Assembly: GCA_037969075.1 (NCBI GenBank)
Contig: JBBKWS010000123.1
Span: 1 to 58,575, forward strand
Source: Bdellovibrionales bacterium
Lineage (GTDB): Bacteria; Bdellovibrionota; Bdellovibrionia; Bdellovibrionales; UBA840
Direction: 5' to 3'
DNA length: 58,575 bases
Position numbers and translations under genes: made by a program
The notes under the pieces: generated by a model
Databases searched by the model: none
What the model was told of the DNA's origin: nothing
The model's input: only the letters and a program-made list of their open reading frames with translations
Shown here: positions 1 through 9,723 of the stretch, piece by piece
Position numbering within the stretch: position 1 is the stretch's first letter
Layout: each line of letters begins with the position of its first letter

Positions 1-81
1 TACATCTTCGTGATCTTTATCATCAGGAATTAGGAACCCGAAACCGTCGGGATGGCGTTTGACTGTGCCGAGAATCATCAT
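1..81 (-). CDS. First 27 codons of a gene leaving the window; cold-shock/OB-type N-terminus, probably ribonuclease R
   Basis: Reverse-strand ATG at 79-81, with AAGGAG (94-99) 12 nt upstream. The translation MMILGTVKRHPDGFGFLIPDDKDHEDV carries the h-x-DGFGF...PDD pattern of the first cold-shock domain of RNase R (cf. GHRDGFGF). Only a fragment is visible, so a Csp-like protein is not excluded. Confidence 0.4.
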   Translation of the reverse strand, partial: MMILGTVKRHPDGFGFLIPDDKDHEDV

Positions 82-136
82 GCTATGTGAGCACTCCTTT
101 GCCTATTTCAACATCAAAGCTTGAAATAGTCCATAT

Positions 137-2818
137 TTATTTCAAGCGCAGTAAGTGTTCACTTAGTACGCGAATTTCTTGTTTTACATTTTTCATCTGC
201 AACTTATCAGCTTCTACGATTTCTGGTGGTGCATTCTTAATAAAACTTTCGTTATTAAACTTTCTTTCCAACAAGCCAATGTCTTTTTGTAGCTTCTCAA
301 TTGCCTTTTCCACCCGCTTCACTTCTTCGTCAAAATCTACAAGACCCTCTAAAGGTACGACTACTTCGATTTTGCCCCACTCTGTTGTTACAACATTCAC
401 AGCACATTTTTGCATATTAGCTGCATCTGTAACCGCGCAAGTTTTTAATCCTGCCATTTGTAAAATAAAAGACTTGTTTTCGCCTAAGACTTTTTGTAGT
501 TCGGGGCTTGCAATCACTAAGCTTACTTCTAGCTTGTCAGAATGCTTAATTCGGTTCTCTCCGCGAATATTTCTGATGGCAACAATTACATCTTTTACGA
601 TATCTAGTTCTTTTGCTTTTTCACGAGAGGCAATTTTTAGCCAATCTTTTTCTGTTTCAAGCGTCGGGTATTGATCTCCCATACAGCTTCCAGATTTAAT
701 AGGCATTTTACTAAATAGCTCTTCAGCAATAAACGGAGTGAATGGGCTTAAAAGACGAAGAGTACGATTTAGAGTTTGGGCTAAAACCATTTGCGTGGCC
801 TTTTTCTCGGATTCATTGGTCCCGTAAACTATAGGCTTAATAAATTCGATGTACCAATCACACAGCTCATTCCAGGTGAAGTGATAAAGTGCATTTGCGG
901 CCTCTGAAAATTTATAATTCAGTAGTGATTTATTTACCTCTTCAATTGTGTCTGCTAGCTTTTGCGTGATCCAGATATCTGGTAGAGATAAATCAACGGT
1001 GGCTACTGTTGCGCTAGTTCCATCTTTTGGAGCCTCGAATCCTTCTAAAACCGTTAATGAAAATCTAGAGGCATTCCAGATTTTATTCATAAAGTTTCTA
1101 GCGGTTTCAAGACGCTGTTCTGAAAACTTTAAATCTTTCCCGCCCTGCACCTGCGAAAGTAAGCAAAAGCGCAGAGCATCTGCCCCTTCTTTTTCTATGA
1201 TCTCAAGCGGATCAATGCCGTTGCCAAGTGACTTTGACATTTTGCGGCCTTGCGAATCACGCACAATTCCATGCATGTAGATTTTTCTAAATGGAACATC
1301 TTCCATAAAGTGAAGACCCATCATAATCATCCTGGCAACCCAAAAGAAAATAATATCATGACCAGTAATTAATAAATCATTAGGGTAAAATGTCTTTAAT
1401 CCTTCGGTGTCTTCTGGCCAACCCAATGTACTAAAGGGCCAAAGAGCGGACGAAAACCAAGTGTCTAATACGTCTTCATCTTGCTCAATATTTTTAGAGT
1501 TACATTTTTCACAAGTTGAAACTTTACCAATAGCGCAGGTGTGATGGTCGCAGTCTTTACAGTACCATACTGGTATTCTATGGCCCCACCAAAGTTGACG
1601 TGAGATGCACCAATCATCGATATTGTTCATCCAATGCAAATAAGTTTTTGTCCACATCTCTGGTTCAAAAGAGATTGTACCAGATTCAACTACTCTCTTG
1701 GCAGGAATTGCTAGATCATTGATTTTAACAAACCACTGTTTGGATAGCATTGGCTCAACGACACAGCCAGTGCGTGAGCAAATGGGTGTGTTTAATGTAT
1801 GAGGCTCTTCTTTTACAAAAAATTCTAGACGTTTAAGTTCAATTAAAATTTTATCTCTGGCATCTTTTACACTTAGTCCTTGATATTCTTTAGGCATGTT
1901 TTCATTTAAGGTGCCATCTCGATTTAAGATATTAATCATTTCAAGGTCATGACGTTTTCCTAATTGATAATCATTAAAATCATGAGCAGGTGTTATTTTT
2001 ACGGCACCAGATCCAAACTCTTGGTCTACATAGGTGTCAGAAACAATTTTGATTTTACGATTTACTATAGGCAAAATAACGTATTTGCCAACTAAGTCTT
2101 TATAGCGACTGTCCTCAGGGTGTACCGCTACAGCTGTATCTCCAAGTAGGGTTTCTGGTCTGGTGGTTGCAATTTGTATAAAGTCAGTTGAATTTTCAAT
2201 GGGATATTTAAGGTGATAGATAGAGCCTTTTTGCTGTTGATTATCCACCTCTAAATCTGAAATTGCAGACTCTAGTTTTGGTGACCAGTTAACAAGGCGG
2301 GTGCCACGATAGATTAAATCTTTTTTAAATAATTCAACAAAAGCCTTCTCTACAGATTGGCTAGATTTTTCATCCAAAGTAAAGCGAGCTCGATCCCAAT
2401 CAAGTGATAGGCCAAGGCGCTTGCACTGTTCTAAGATGCGGTCGCCGTAAGTTTCTTTCCATTCCCATACTTTTTCTAGAAACTTCTCACGTCCAAGATC
2501 TTGCCTTCTGGTTTTATCTTGTTTCATCAATTCTTTTTCAACAACAGCTTGAGTGGCAATACCTGCATGATCTTGCCCAGGCATCCACATGGCGTTAAAA
2601 CCCATCATGCGTTTGTAGCGAATCACAACATCTTGCAAAGTATAATCTAAGGCATGGCCCATATGTAACATACCTGTGACATTAGGTGGCGGCAGAGTAG
2701 CTGAAAAAGGAGGCTTAGTGGACTGATCTAGAGCTGAAAAGAAATGATTATCCTGCCACCATTTATAGGTTCTTTGCTCTACATCCTTTGGATTGTAGCG
2801 ATCAGAGAGTTGTGACAT
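137..2818 (-). CDS. valS: Valine--tRNA ligase
   Basis: The ORF is about 890 aa with a class I HIGH-type motif (PNVTGMLHMGHAL), KMSKS (GRKMSKSLGN), a CP1 editing-domain-sized insertion and a C-terminal coiled coil typical of ValRS. I moved the start from 2845 to the ATG at 2818 (MSQLSDRYNP...), which has AAGGGG 5 nt upstream. Confidence 0.95.
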   Translation of the reverse strand: MSQLSDRYNPKDVEQRTYKWWQDNHFFSALDQSTKPPFSATLPPPNVTGMLHMGHALDYTLQDVVIRYKRMMGFNAMWMPGQDHAGIATQAVVEKELMKQDKTRRQDLGREKFLEKVWEWKETYGDRILEQCKRLGLSLDWDRARFTLDEKSSQSVEKAFVELFKKDLIYRGTRLVNWSPKLESAISDLEVDNQQQKGSIYHLKYPIENSTDFIQIATTRPETLLGDTAVAVHPEDSRYKDLVGKYVILPIVNRKIKIVSDTYVDQEFGSGAVKITPAHDFNDYQLGKRHDLEMINILNRDGTLNENMPKEYQGLSVKDARDKILIELKRLEFFVKEEPHTLNTPICSRTGCVVEPMLSKQWFVKINDLAIPAKRVVESGTISFEPEMWTKTYLHWMNNIDDWCISRQLWWGHRIPVWYCKDCDHHTCAIGKVSTCEKCNSKNIEQDEDVLDTWFSSALWPFSTLGWPEDTEGLKTFYPNDLLITGHDIIFFWVARMIMMGLHFMEDVPFRKIYMHGIVRDSQGRKMSKSLGNGIDPLEIIEKEGADALRFCLLSQVQGGKDLKFSEQRLETARNFMNKIWNASRFSLTVLEGFEAPKDGTSATVATVDLSLPDIWITQKLADTIEEVNKSLLNYKFSEAANALYHFTWNELCDWYIEFIKPIVYGTNESEKKATQMVLAQTLNRTLRLLSPFTPFIAEELFSKMPIKSGSCMGDQYPTLETEKDWLKIASREKAKELDIVKDVIVAIRNIRGENRIKHSDKLEVSLVIASPELQKVLGENKSFILQMAGLKTCAVTDAANMQKCAVNVVTTEWGKIEVVVPLEGLVDFDEEVKRVEKAIEKLQKDIGLLERKFNNESFIKNAPPEIVEADKLQMKNVKQEIRVLSEHLLRLK

Positions 2819-2861
2819 TTTGACCCCTTTGTTACTAGGACGCATCGTAACTTATAAAGCT

Positions 2862-2890
2862 TTGACAGACAAGTTGAGATGCTAAACAAT
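2862..2890 (+). promoter_or_regulatory. Putative sigma70-type promoter for the secreted protease gene
   Basis: TTGACA at 2862-2867, a 17-nt spacer, then AACAAT at 2885-2890 (4/6 match to TATAAT, with A2 and T6 present). It lies about 26 nt upstream of the strong RBS GAGGGGGAG and the ATG at 2917. This is pattern match only. Confidence 0.3.
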
Positions 2891-2916
2891 TCTGCTTCTT
2901 TAAAGAGGGGGAGAAG

Positions 2917-3837
2917 ATGAAATTTTATATATTATTACTAGTTTTACTACCATGGGTTTCTAATGCCGTTGAACCTGTCAATAAATTAGGCTCTACAGAA
3001 TTATTTTTTGAAAAAGCTATTAATGACGATTATCAAATCGGTCCAGAGTGGGGGAAACTTCCTATCTCTGAGCAACAAATGCAAAATACAGTCTATGCTA
3101 GAGCCACTGGAGCTACAGCAAAAATAGGTGGGGGAACTTCATTTTATTTGGGTAAATTTGGTGGGTCCCATGTAATGGCAACAAACCATCATGTGTGTCC
3201 AGCTGCATTTAATTGCTTGGGTAAAATGGCTGATTTCACAGTTCTAAAAAAATCATATCGCGCCAATACCTTTTTAGGTACTTGGAACAATATTGATCTA
3301 ACATTATTTACAATCACAGTGCCAGTAGAAGATGAAGCTCTGCTAAGTAATGTCGCTGGAAATTTTGCGTTTGATTTGCCTTTGTATGTTGGGCAGCCAA
3401 TCATTACAGCGGGCTACGGAATTGCTAATAATTCGGCAAGACTTCTAATGGTTAATCAAGATAGTGAGTGCGAGGTATACTCTGCGGCTATTCGCTACAT
3501 GAAAGACCCAGATGATTTTAATCCAGGTCCTGACTTAGTCTGGTCATTTGCAAATGGCTGTGACGTTTCTCACGGGGATTCTGGCTCAGCGATGGTAGAT
3601 CGTAATAACGGTAAGGTGCTTGGAATTATTTGGACAGGTAGAATTCCAAAGGATCCAATCGTAAGAGATGCTAGCTACCTACAAAGAATTCAAAGCGAGC
3701 AATCAGAAGACATCTGGAAACAACTTTCTTATGCGGTTCCAGCAGAAAAAATTCATGAGTTTTTGCTGACAGCTTATGAGCAAGAAGAGAGTGATTATAA
3801 TCGTAAGTTGATTTTAAAAGAACTTATTGGTTTATAG
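2917..3837 (+). CDS. Secreted trypsin/chymotrypsin-fold (S1) serine protease
   Basis: Signal peptide MKFYILLLVLLPWVSNA. Catalytic triad in S1 order: His in ATNHHVC, Asp in NIDLTLF, Ser in GDSGSAM. Confidence 0.8.
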   Translation: MKFYILLLVLLPWVSNAVEPVNKLGSTELFFEKAINDDYQIGPEWGKLPISEQQMQNTVYARATGATAKIGGGTSFYLGKFGGSHVMATNHHVCPAAFNCLGKMADFTVLKKSYRANTFLGTWNNIDLTLFTITVPVEDEALLSNVAGNFAFDLPLYVGQPIITAGYGIANNSARLLMVNQDSECEVYSAAIRYMKDPDDFNPGPDLVWSFANGCDVSHGDSGSAMVDRNNGKVLGIIWTGRIPKDPIVRDASYLQRIQSEQSEDIWKQLSYAVPAEKIHEFLLTAYEQEESDYNRKLILKELIGL

Positions 3838-3855
3838 TTTTTGGACCTGCAGCTT

Positions 3856-4083
3856 CTAAAGTTGTGGGTCATCAGAAACCAGCTTTTTAGGGCCCATGGT
3901 TTTAGGGCTGGTTTTATTATTCATTTTATGAATTTGCTCTACCATTTCAATGTTACTAAGTAACCCAGACATTGAAGCGTCAATGCTTTGCATGGTTCGC
4001 TTACCAGCCAGTTTTCCAGTTAAGAAGCTTAGTGAAATTGTGAGTAATAGAATACTTATAAATCGTATGCCCATATCTGTCAT
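3856..4083 (-). CDS. Small hypothetical membrane-anchored protein (75 aa)
   Basis: Has one hydrophobic segment (FISILLLTISLSFLTG) and lies co-directionally downstream of the DUF2062 gene. No clear RBS. A competing + strand ORF (3950-4165) covers the same DNA. Confidence 0.25.
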   Translation of the reverse strand: MTDMGIRFISILLLTISLSFLTGKLAGKRTMQSIDASMSGLLSNIEMVEQIHKMNNKTSPKTMGPKKLVSDDPQL

Positions 4084-4172
4084 AAGAGCAAATATGGTGC
4101 CGATCTGTAATGAAATAGGGTGGCGTGTGACTACGGATTCTGAAATTTATTCATGCTGTGTATAAGCTGTTA

Positions 4173-4661
4173 TCAGATTTTTTTGGTGCGTGAAACCACT
4201 TTAGCTAAGCCCTTTATAAGGGGCTTAACTGAAAAATATGTTACAAAAATAATAATGGGGACTGCACAAAGCCAAAGTAAAAAACCCTGTAGGGCAATCA
4301 CCCCATAGGTTTTAAAAAATACTAGAGGCTCTGTTCCAAACTCAATAAACATCCGCTTTAAATTTAGTGGCACTACTGCTTTAGCAAAGACCTTTTGTCC
4401 TAACATTAACGATGGTACTATCAGTGCTAAATGTAACGGGTATGCGGCGTAATTGATGGTTTGTAAAACCACATGATTTAGCGAGAATACAGTGGCTATG
4501 ATAAGTCCAAGTGCTGTGCTAATCCCAATGATGGGGGTACAGGCCACCGCAAGCCCAACTGCAATACTAAGAGATACCTTCTCAACGCTGTAACCTTGAA
4601 TGAGCTGCATCTTAATGGGAGTTACAATTTTAAGATAAAGCCACGCTTTGATTTTATTCAT
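4173..4661 (-). CDS. DUF2062-family integral membrane protein
   Basis: 162 aa with 3-4 TM segments. The core SLSIAVGLAVACTPIIGISTALGLIIATVFSLNHVV matches the DUF2062 pattern as I remember it (AlG.f.G..P..G.qt......a...r.N). It overlaps the upstream gene by 8 nt. Confidence 0.55.
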   Translation of the reverse strand: MNKIKAWLYLKIVTPIKMQLIQGYSVEKVSLSIAVGLAVACTPIIGISTALGLIIATVFSLNHVVLQTINYAAYPLHLALIVPSLMLGQKVFAKAVVPLNLKRMFIEFGTEPLVFFKTYGVIALQGFLLWLCAVPIIIFVTYFSVKPLIKGLAKVVSRTKKI

Positions 4662-5334
4662 GTTTGTAAGTGATCTCGACGTCTAGAGCTTTCTCATTTT
4701 CATCTTGTAAGTTTGATTCTCCCTCGTAGCCCATTAAGCGTTTAGTGGGAATGTCATAGGTCATATAAATGGGAGAGATGAAAACACTAAGTAAGCTATC
4801 GAGTTTCATTACTAAATAAATTTCTGTGTCTTTAACTTTCTTTTTATCAGATTTTTTGATTACAAAGCTGTAGTAGTCAAGTGCTCCAGGCAACACAAAT
4901 TTTGTTTTTACAGTCTCATTTTTGCTAAGTTTCTCTAGGTGGTCTTGTATAAAATAATGAAAACCCTGGCCGCCAATCATATCTGGCTTAAATGCTTTGG
5001 TTTTCTTTTTCGTTTTCTCATTTTTTCCATCTTGTGTGAACATTTCGATTGTATCAGAACTAGTATTTACACCATTTACTTTGCTAAAACGTAAGTCTTT
5101 AAAACTATAGGTTGGCATCCATTTGTGTGGAGTGTAAGTAGAAATTAACTCAGCGATCACCTTTTTATTGGTATCTGTGTATCTAGTAATTGAAGATTCA
5201 ATAACCTCATCATTGTACTTTAGCTCATGCTCTTCAAGGTAGGCAATGTTGCCTTTTTTATCTTTGGCAGTTCCATAAAACTTAACGTTAGTTGGTGTAG
5301 CAAATAGGTGGGATATGAAAATCAGTAATAACAT
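4654..5334 (-). CDS. Secreted hypothetical protein (226 aa), Lys-rich
   Basis: Has an N-terminal hydrophobic leader (MLLLIFISHLFATP) and coding-like composition, and is translationally coupled to the DUF2062 gene. No motif recognised. Confidence 0.55.
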   Translation of the reverse strand: MLLLIFISHLFATPTNVKFYGTAKDKKGNIAYLEEHELKYNDEVIESSITRYTDTNKKVIAELISTYTPHKWMPTYSFKDLRFSKVNGVNTSSDTIEMFTQDGKNEKTKKKTKAFKPDMIGGQGFHYFIQDHLEKLSKNETVKTKFVLPGALDYYSFVIKKSDKKKVKDTEIYLVMKLDSLLSVFISPIYMTYDIPTKRLMGYEGESNLQDENEKALDVEITYKHE

Positions 5335-5469
5335 GGGTGGCTCCTTATCTCATAGCATCTGATGGAGGGAGAGCTCTTGTCAAAGAAAGCTTAGTTGAGG
5401 GCCTCCGCCAAGCATCAAAATTGAAAATCCGCTAACAGAATCGGTTGGAATGTATTATATGCATCTATA

Positions 5470-6039
5470 ATGAAAGTTGCTTTTTTAGACCACAATGACT
5501 CGTTTACTAACAATGTAATAGCATTGCTAGAGGAATGCTTACCACGAGCAGCTAATATACGTGTATTTTCTCCCAGCGAGTTAATTGATAATATTAAAAC
5601 TTTTGAGCCTGATTTTATTGTTATTGGTCCGGGCCCAGGTCGCCCGAGTCATTATCCATTATTACAAGATGTATTAAGTACATTTTCTGAGTCACCTATT
5701 TTGGGTATTTGTTTGGGTATGCAGGCAATGAACGAAAATCAAGGTGGACATACTGTAAAATCACTTATGCCTATGCATGGAAAAACTAGTCAGGTAACTC
5801 ATAATGGTTCAAGTATTTTTAATGAAATACCAACAGACTTTTGTTGCATGCGCTACCACTCGCTTCAGGTCGAGTTAGGGAATGGTGTCCAAGTATTGGC
5901 AGAGGTAGATGAAATCCCTATGGTTATACAGATTGATAATAAACCACAATATGGAATTCAATTTCACCCAGAGAGTTTTGCTTCAGAATATGGCCATAAG
6001 TTGATAACAAATATTTTGGAGGCTTGTGGTGCAAACTAA
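5470..6039 (+). CDS. pabA: Aminodeoxychorismate/anthranilate synthase glutamine amidotransferase component (class I GATase)
   Basis: GPGPGRP, the catalytic Cys in ILGICLGMQ, and His/Glu in QFHPES. Assigned to Pab rather than Trp because the next two genes are PabB-like and ADC-lyase-like. Confidence 0.8.
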   Translation: MKVAFLDHNDSFTNNVIALLEECLPRAANIRVFSPSELIDNIKTFEPDFIVIGPGPGRPSHYPLLQDVLSTFSESPILGICLGMQAMNENQGGHTVKSLMPMHGKTSQVTHNGSSIFNEIPTDFCCMRYHSLQVELGNGVQVLAEVDEIPMVIQIDNKPQYGIQFHPESFASEYGHKLITNILEACGAN

Positions 6040-7213
6040 GTCCTGGGAATCCAAGATAGATGCATTGACTTATTTTGAAGATGTTAGGTGCAAGGGTGCA
6101 TTTTTACTATTGTCGGACAAGGGCGGTAGTAAAATCGGCCTTGAGCCCTGCAAATATTTTGTAAGTACCGAGGCGGTGCAAGCACATTTTTTGGAGTTTC
6201 CTGAATCTACAATTATGGGTTATAAATCATATCCTAATAAAAGTAGTAAAAAAAGTGTGTGCGATCTCCCGCCAGAACTATGGATTGCCTTTAAGCGAGT
6301 AATAGAAATTGAGAAAAAATCTGACACCTTTAAGTATAAAGAAATCATCAGTAATTACGAGGCCAGAGAGAGTTTAACTGTAGACTCAAAATCTGATGTC
6401 AAAGATATTACATTTATCGATAGTGGAGAAATTTCTTCTACAATAAGTAAAGATAGTTATTTAAAAACTATAGATCAAATTAAAGACGAGATTTCAAACG
6501 GCGAGTATTACCAAATGAATCTCACTTTCTTTATTAAAAAAAATAGTAATAAAAATCCATTTGATACATTTAAAGATTATTTTAAAAAAAACCCAGCTCA
6601 ATATTTTGCGTACTTCGAATGGGGAGAGTGTAGTGTACTGTCGACATCACCAGAGATGTTTTTAGAGAAAAAAAATGATAAAATATCTGCAAAACCAATT
6701 AAGGGAACCATATCTAAGACTAAATCCAAAACTGATCTGTTAGAAAGTAAAAAAGATTTAGCTGAGCTAAATATGATCACTGATCTTTTTAGAAATGATT
6801 TATATAAAATTTCTAAGAAGGGGAGCGTTACTGTTTTAAAAACTAATGAAGTGTTAGAGCTTGAGCAGTTATTTCATTTGTATTCACATATTACGGGAAA
6901 ACTGCAGGAAGATGTGACTTTAACGCAAATATTTGAAGCTATGTTTCCTTCGGGGTCTATTACGGGTTGTCCAAAGATCCGTAGTCAACAGGCTATCGAT
7001 CAATATGAAGTGGCAGCAAGAGGATTATATACCGGAAGTATTGGTTGGATTAAAAAGGATGCTTTTTGTTTTAATATAGCTATAAGAACGCTTTTTCATC
7101 ATGGCAATACCTATTTTTACCCAGTGGGAAGTGGCATTGTATACGACTCTAAGCCAGAATCTGAGTGGGAAGAATGTTTATTGAAAGCCCAAACCTTTTT
7201 TGAGTGCGTATGA
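6026..7213 (+). CDS. pabB: Aminodeoxychorismate synthase component I (chorismate-binding enzyme), short form
   Basis: Chorismate-binding family motifs are present: SPEMFL, KPIKGT, PSGSITGCPK and RGLYTGSIGW. The start is GTG at 6026 or 6029, just after GGAGG (6018-6022), and overlaps the pabA stop. Confidence 0.8.
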   Translation: MVQTKSWESKIDALTYFEDVRCKGAFLLLSDKGGSKIGLEPCKYFVSTEAVQAHFLEFPESTIMGYKSYPNKSSKKSVCDLPPELWIAFKRVIEIEKKSDTFKYKEIISNYEARESLTVDSKSDVKDITFIDSGEISSTISKDSYLKTIDQIKDEISNGEYYQMNLTFFIKKNSNKNPFDTFKDYFKKNPAQYFAYFEWGECSVLSTSPEMFLEKKNDKISAKPIKGTISKTKSKTDLLESKKDLAELNMITDLFRNDLYKISKKGSVTVLKTNEVLELEQLFHLYSHITGKLQEDVTLTQIFEAMFPSGSITGCPKIRSQQAIDQYEVAARGLYTGSIGWIKKDAFCFNIAIRTLFHHGNTYFYPVGSGIVYDSKPESEWEECLLKAQTFFECV

Positions 7214-7962
7214 ACTATTTTTTAAACTATGAGTCTGTTGATGACCAACCAGATAGTATCGATAAATATGTAGATCGCTGGTTTTTTTTGCAAGGTTGCT
7301 TTGAAACAGTTTTGATAAAAAATTGCTTGGCGCAAGATTTAGATCTGCACCTGCTACGTGCTAAAAAAACAAATACTGAAATATTTAAAACCCACTATGA
7401 ATATGATGACATTAAGGCTGCGGTAAAAGCCGCCATACAAAACTTATGCAGTGTAAATAAAAAATATAAATTAAAACTTATTTTTTCAGAAGAGAATATA
7501 TTTTATTCTATTGAGTTATATGCACCAAAATTCCCACCAAGAATTATTTTAGAGTCAATAGATGCGAGTAGTGAATTTCAATATTTACTTACTAATCATA
7601 AGCTTTGTGATTATAAAGCGCATTTAAACCTACTAGCATCTGCTAATGCTTCCAGTTGGGATGTGGTGCGAAGAAATGATCAAGAGTTACTAGAGGGAAC
7701 TAAAGTAAACATATTTTTTTGTAAAAGAGGCGAGATTTTTACGCCGAAGGCAGGAGATTTATTGCCGGGCATAATCAGACAAAGACTTTTAGAAAAAAAG
7801 GTAGTTAAAGAGTCAAATATTTTTCTGCCTAGTCTAGGTGATTTTGATGGCATGTTTATAACAAACTCATTAATTGAAATTTTACCGGTCGATCAATTGG
7901 ATAATCTTTTTTTTAAGCATTCACAAGATTATGTAAGAGAGCTGCAAAAGCATATTTTTTAA
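7210..7962 (+). CDS. pabC: Class IV aminotransferase-fold protein, probable aminodeoxychorismate lyase
   Basis: The C-terminal half (LEGTKVNIFFCKRGEIFTP...LPGIIRQRLLE...MFITNSLIEILPV) follows the class IV PLP-enzyme pattern. The ATG at 7210 overlaps the pabB stop (ATGA). The N-terminal half is divergent. Confidence 0.6.
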   Translation: MNYFLNYESVDDQPDSIDKYVDRWFFLQGCFETVLIKNCLAQDLDLHLLRAKKTNTEIFKTHYEYDDIKAAVKAAIQNLCSVNKKYKLKLIFSEENIFYSIELYAPKFPPRIILESIDASSEFQYLLTNHKLCDYKAHLNLLASANASSWDVVRRNDQELLEGTKVNIFFCKRGEIFTPKAGDLLPGIIRQRLLEKKVVKESNIFLPSLGDFDGMFITNSLIEILPVDQLDNLFFKHSQDYVRELQKHIF

Positions 7963-7996
7963 TAGATTTCAAAATAGTTTGTGTCATACTTGAAGC

Positions 7997-8920
7997 ATGA
8001 AGAAGAAAATCGCGGTTCTACAGGGTGGAATGAGTGCTGAAAGAGCTGTAAGCTTAAATACTGCAAAGGCATTTATCAAAGCACTCGATGAATTAGGTCA
8101 CGAGTATGTGGTTATTGATGCCGGCGAAGATTTACCTATCCAACTAGCAAAATATAAACCGGATATAGTGTTGAATGCACTACATGGAAAGTACGCGGAA
8201 GACGGTACCGTGCAAGGAATTTGTGAGTATATGAAGATTCCGTATACTGGAAGTGGTGTTTTAGCTTCTGCTTTGACGATGGATAAGATCAAAACTAAGC
8301 AGGTTTTATTGCAAGATGGGATCCCAACTGCAGACTTTCAAGTTTTAGATTATCGTACAAAAATTTTTTCAAGCAGTGACATAAAGATTAAATTACCATT
8401 TGTAGTAAAGCCCTCTCGTGAAGGTTCTAGCGTTGGTGTGAGTATTTGTAAAACTATGGATCAGGTAGAGCCAGCACTAATTTCGGCTAAGAAACACGAC
8501 TATAAGGTGTTAATAGAAACATTTATCGCGGGCTCTGAGATCACAGTGCCTATCTTAGATGGCAAGGCGCTTACGCCGATCGAGATTGTACCAAATGAAA
8601 ACTTTTACGATTATGAGCACAAGTATACAAAGGGCAAAACACAATACTTACTTCCACCTAATAAATCGCCAGAACTGATTCGGGAGCTACAAACCTTAAC
8701 AGAAAAAATATATGTTTCTTTAGATCTTAGATCCTATGCCCGTGTTGACTTTTTGGTGGATGCTAATGATAAGCCATTTTTGTTAGAGGTGAACCCCCTG
8801 CCAGGCTGTACAGAAACATCGTTAGTTCCCAAGTCTGCGGCACATGATGGAATTCCATTTACAGCATTTATACAAAAACTTTTAGATACAGCAGCGTTGG
8901 ATTATGCGGGCTTATCTTAA
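7997..8920 (+). CDS. ddl: D-alanine--D-alanine ligase
   Basis: ATP-grasp enzyme of 307 aa. It has N-terminal GGMSAERAVSL, LHGKYAEDGTVQG, VVKPSREGSSVGV and C-terminal LEVNPLPGCTETS, all typical Ddl blocks. It sits in front of ftsQAZ. Confidence 0.92.
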   Translation: MKKKIAVLQGGMSAERAVSLNTAKAFIKALDELGHEYVVIDAGEDLPIQLAKYKPDIVLNALHGKYAEDGTVQGICEYMKIPYTGSGVLASALTMDKIKTKQVLLQDGIPTADFQVLDYRTKIFSSSDIKIKLPFVVKPSREGSSVGVSICKTMDQVEPALISAKKHDYKVLIETFIAGSEITVPILDGKALTPIEIVPNENFYDYEHKYTKGKTQYLLPPNKSPELIRELQTLTEKIYVSLDLRSYARVDFLVDANDKPFLLEVNPLPGCTETSLVPKSAAHDGIPFTAFIQKLLDTAALDYAGLS

Positions 8921-9644
8921 GGGCGCCTTAATAGGATCTTTTTTTATTTTTTTAGGTCTCTCAGGAATTTACTGGGCTGATCAAAAGGGATATTTTTTAC
9001 TGCAAGATCTAGAGTTTCAGGCGCAATCTTCAAAAGATTTCTCTGAGACTCTTGCTTATCAAAGTTTGCAAATACATTTAGAGAAGCAGTTAGAGATTTA
9101 TAAAGGTAAATCACTTTTATCGATCAATATGAAGGCTATGACAAAAAGTTTAAGTGAGCACGCCTGGCTTGATAATGTTTATATTAAAAGAAGTTTTCCA
9201 GGCAGGCTTCAAATAACGGTGAAACCTAAGAGATGGGTAGCGTATTTACGTGAATCACAAAAGTATTATCCAATCACTAATGCAGGAGATATATTGCCCA
9301 GCCTTGATGTGCTCGATGGACCTGATTTACCAATCGTTTCTGTGAGTATTAAGGATTGGAAAAGTGGGTTGAATAAAAAAATAATCGAGATCATCGAAGC
9401 TATGCCTGATACAGGTTTGATTAATATCAAAACGTTGCAAGAAGTTAAGAGTGATAAAGAGGGAATATACATAGTTGTGGCTCCTTCAAACGCAATGATT
9501 CGTTTGGGAAATGAAGAGATGGTCCTTCGTCTAGCTAGAAGCGAAAAAGTTTTAGAATATCTACATCAACGCAATTTGCAGGGGCGCGTTATCAATTCTA
9601 ACTTCGCCCAAAAAGTTGTTGTTAAGCTGCATAAACCTCGATAG
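8904..9644 (+). CDS. ftsQ: Cell division protein FtsQ (POTRA domain)
   Basis: Has a single N-terminal TM (ALIGSFFIFLGLSGIYWA) and a POTRA-like block (VYIKRSFPGRLQITVKPKRWVAYL). Conserved position between ddl and ftsA. Confidence 0.75.
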   Translation: MRAYLKGALIGSFFIFLGLSGIYWADQKGYFLLQDLEFQAQSSKDFSETLAYQSLQIHLEKQLEIYKGKSLLSINMKAMTKSLSEHAWLDNVYIKRSFPGRLQITVKPKRWVAYLRESQKYYPITNAGDILPSLDVLDGPDLPIVSVSIKDWKSGLNKKIIEIIEAMPDTGLINIKTLQEVKSDKEGIYIVVAPSNAMIRLGNEEMVLRLARSEKVLEYLHQRNLQGRVINSNFAQKVVVKLHKPR

Positions 9645-9723
9645 CCTTTAGTCAAGGGGCGTCTAGTACCTAAAATCATTAAGATTTTAAAGATGTCACT
9701 AAAATAACCCTAGGGAGGGGATT

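Noticed and set aside
103-129. 9-bp hairpin (CTATTTCAA / TTGAAATAG) between valS and the downstream gene
   Set aside because: The stem is AT-rich and weak, with a 9-nt loop and no U-tract on the transcribed (minus) strand. It is more likely incidental or a minor processing site than a terminator.
87-674. 195-aa + strand ORF, together with 948-1280 and 2404-2598
   Set aside because: It lies entirely antisense to the well-supported valS gene. The Ser/Phe/Leu-rich low-complexity translation is typical of shadow frames in AT-rich DNA.
3950-4165. 71-aa + strand ORF overlapping the 75-aa minus-strand ORF
   Set aside because: It has no RBS, no recognisable features and no operon context. The minus-strand alternative at least has a TM segment and co-orientation with its neighbours. 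Both remain doubtful.
5335-5469. Possible folate/THF-type riboswitch or attenuator upstream of pabA
   Set aside because: I found no convincing conserved structure. Only short imperfect pairings are present.
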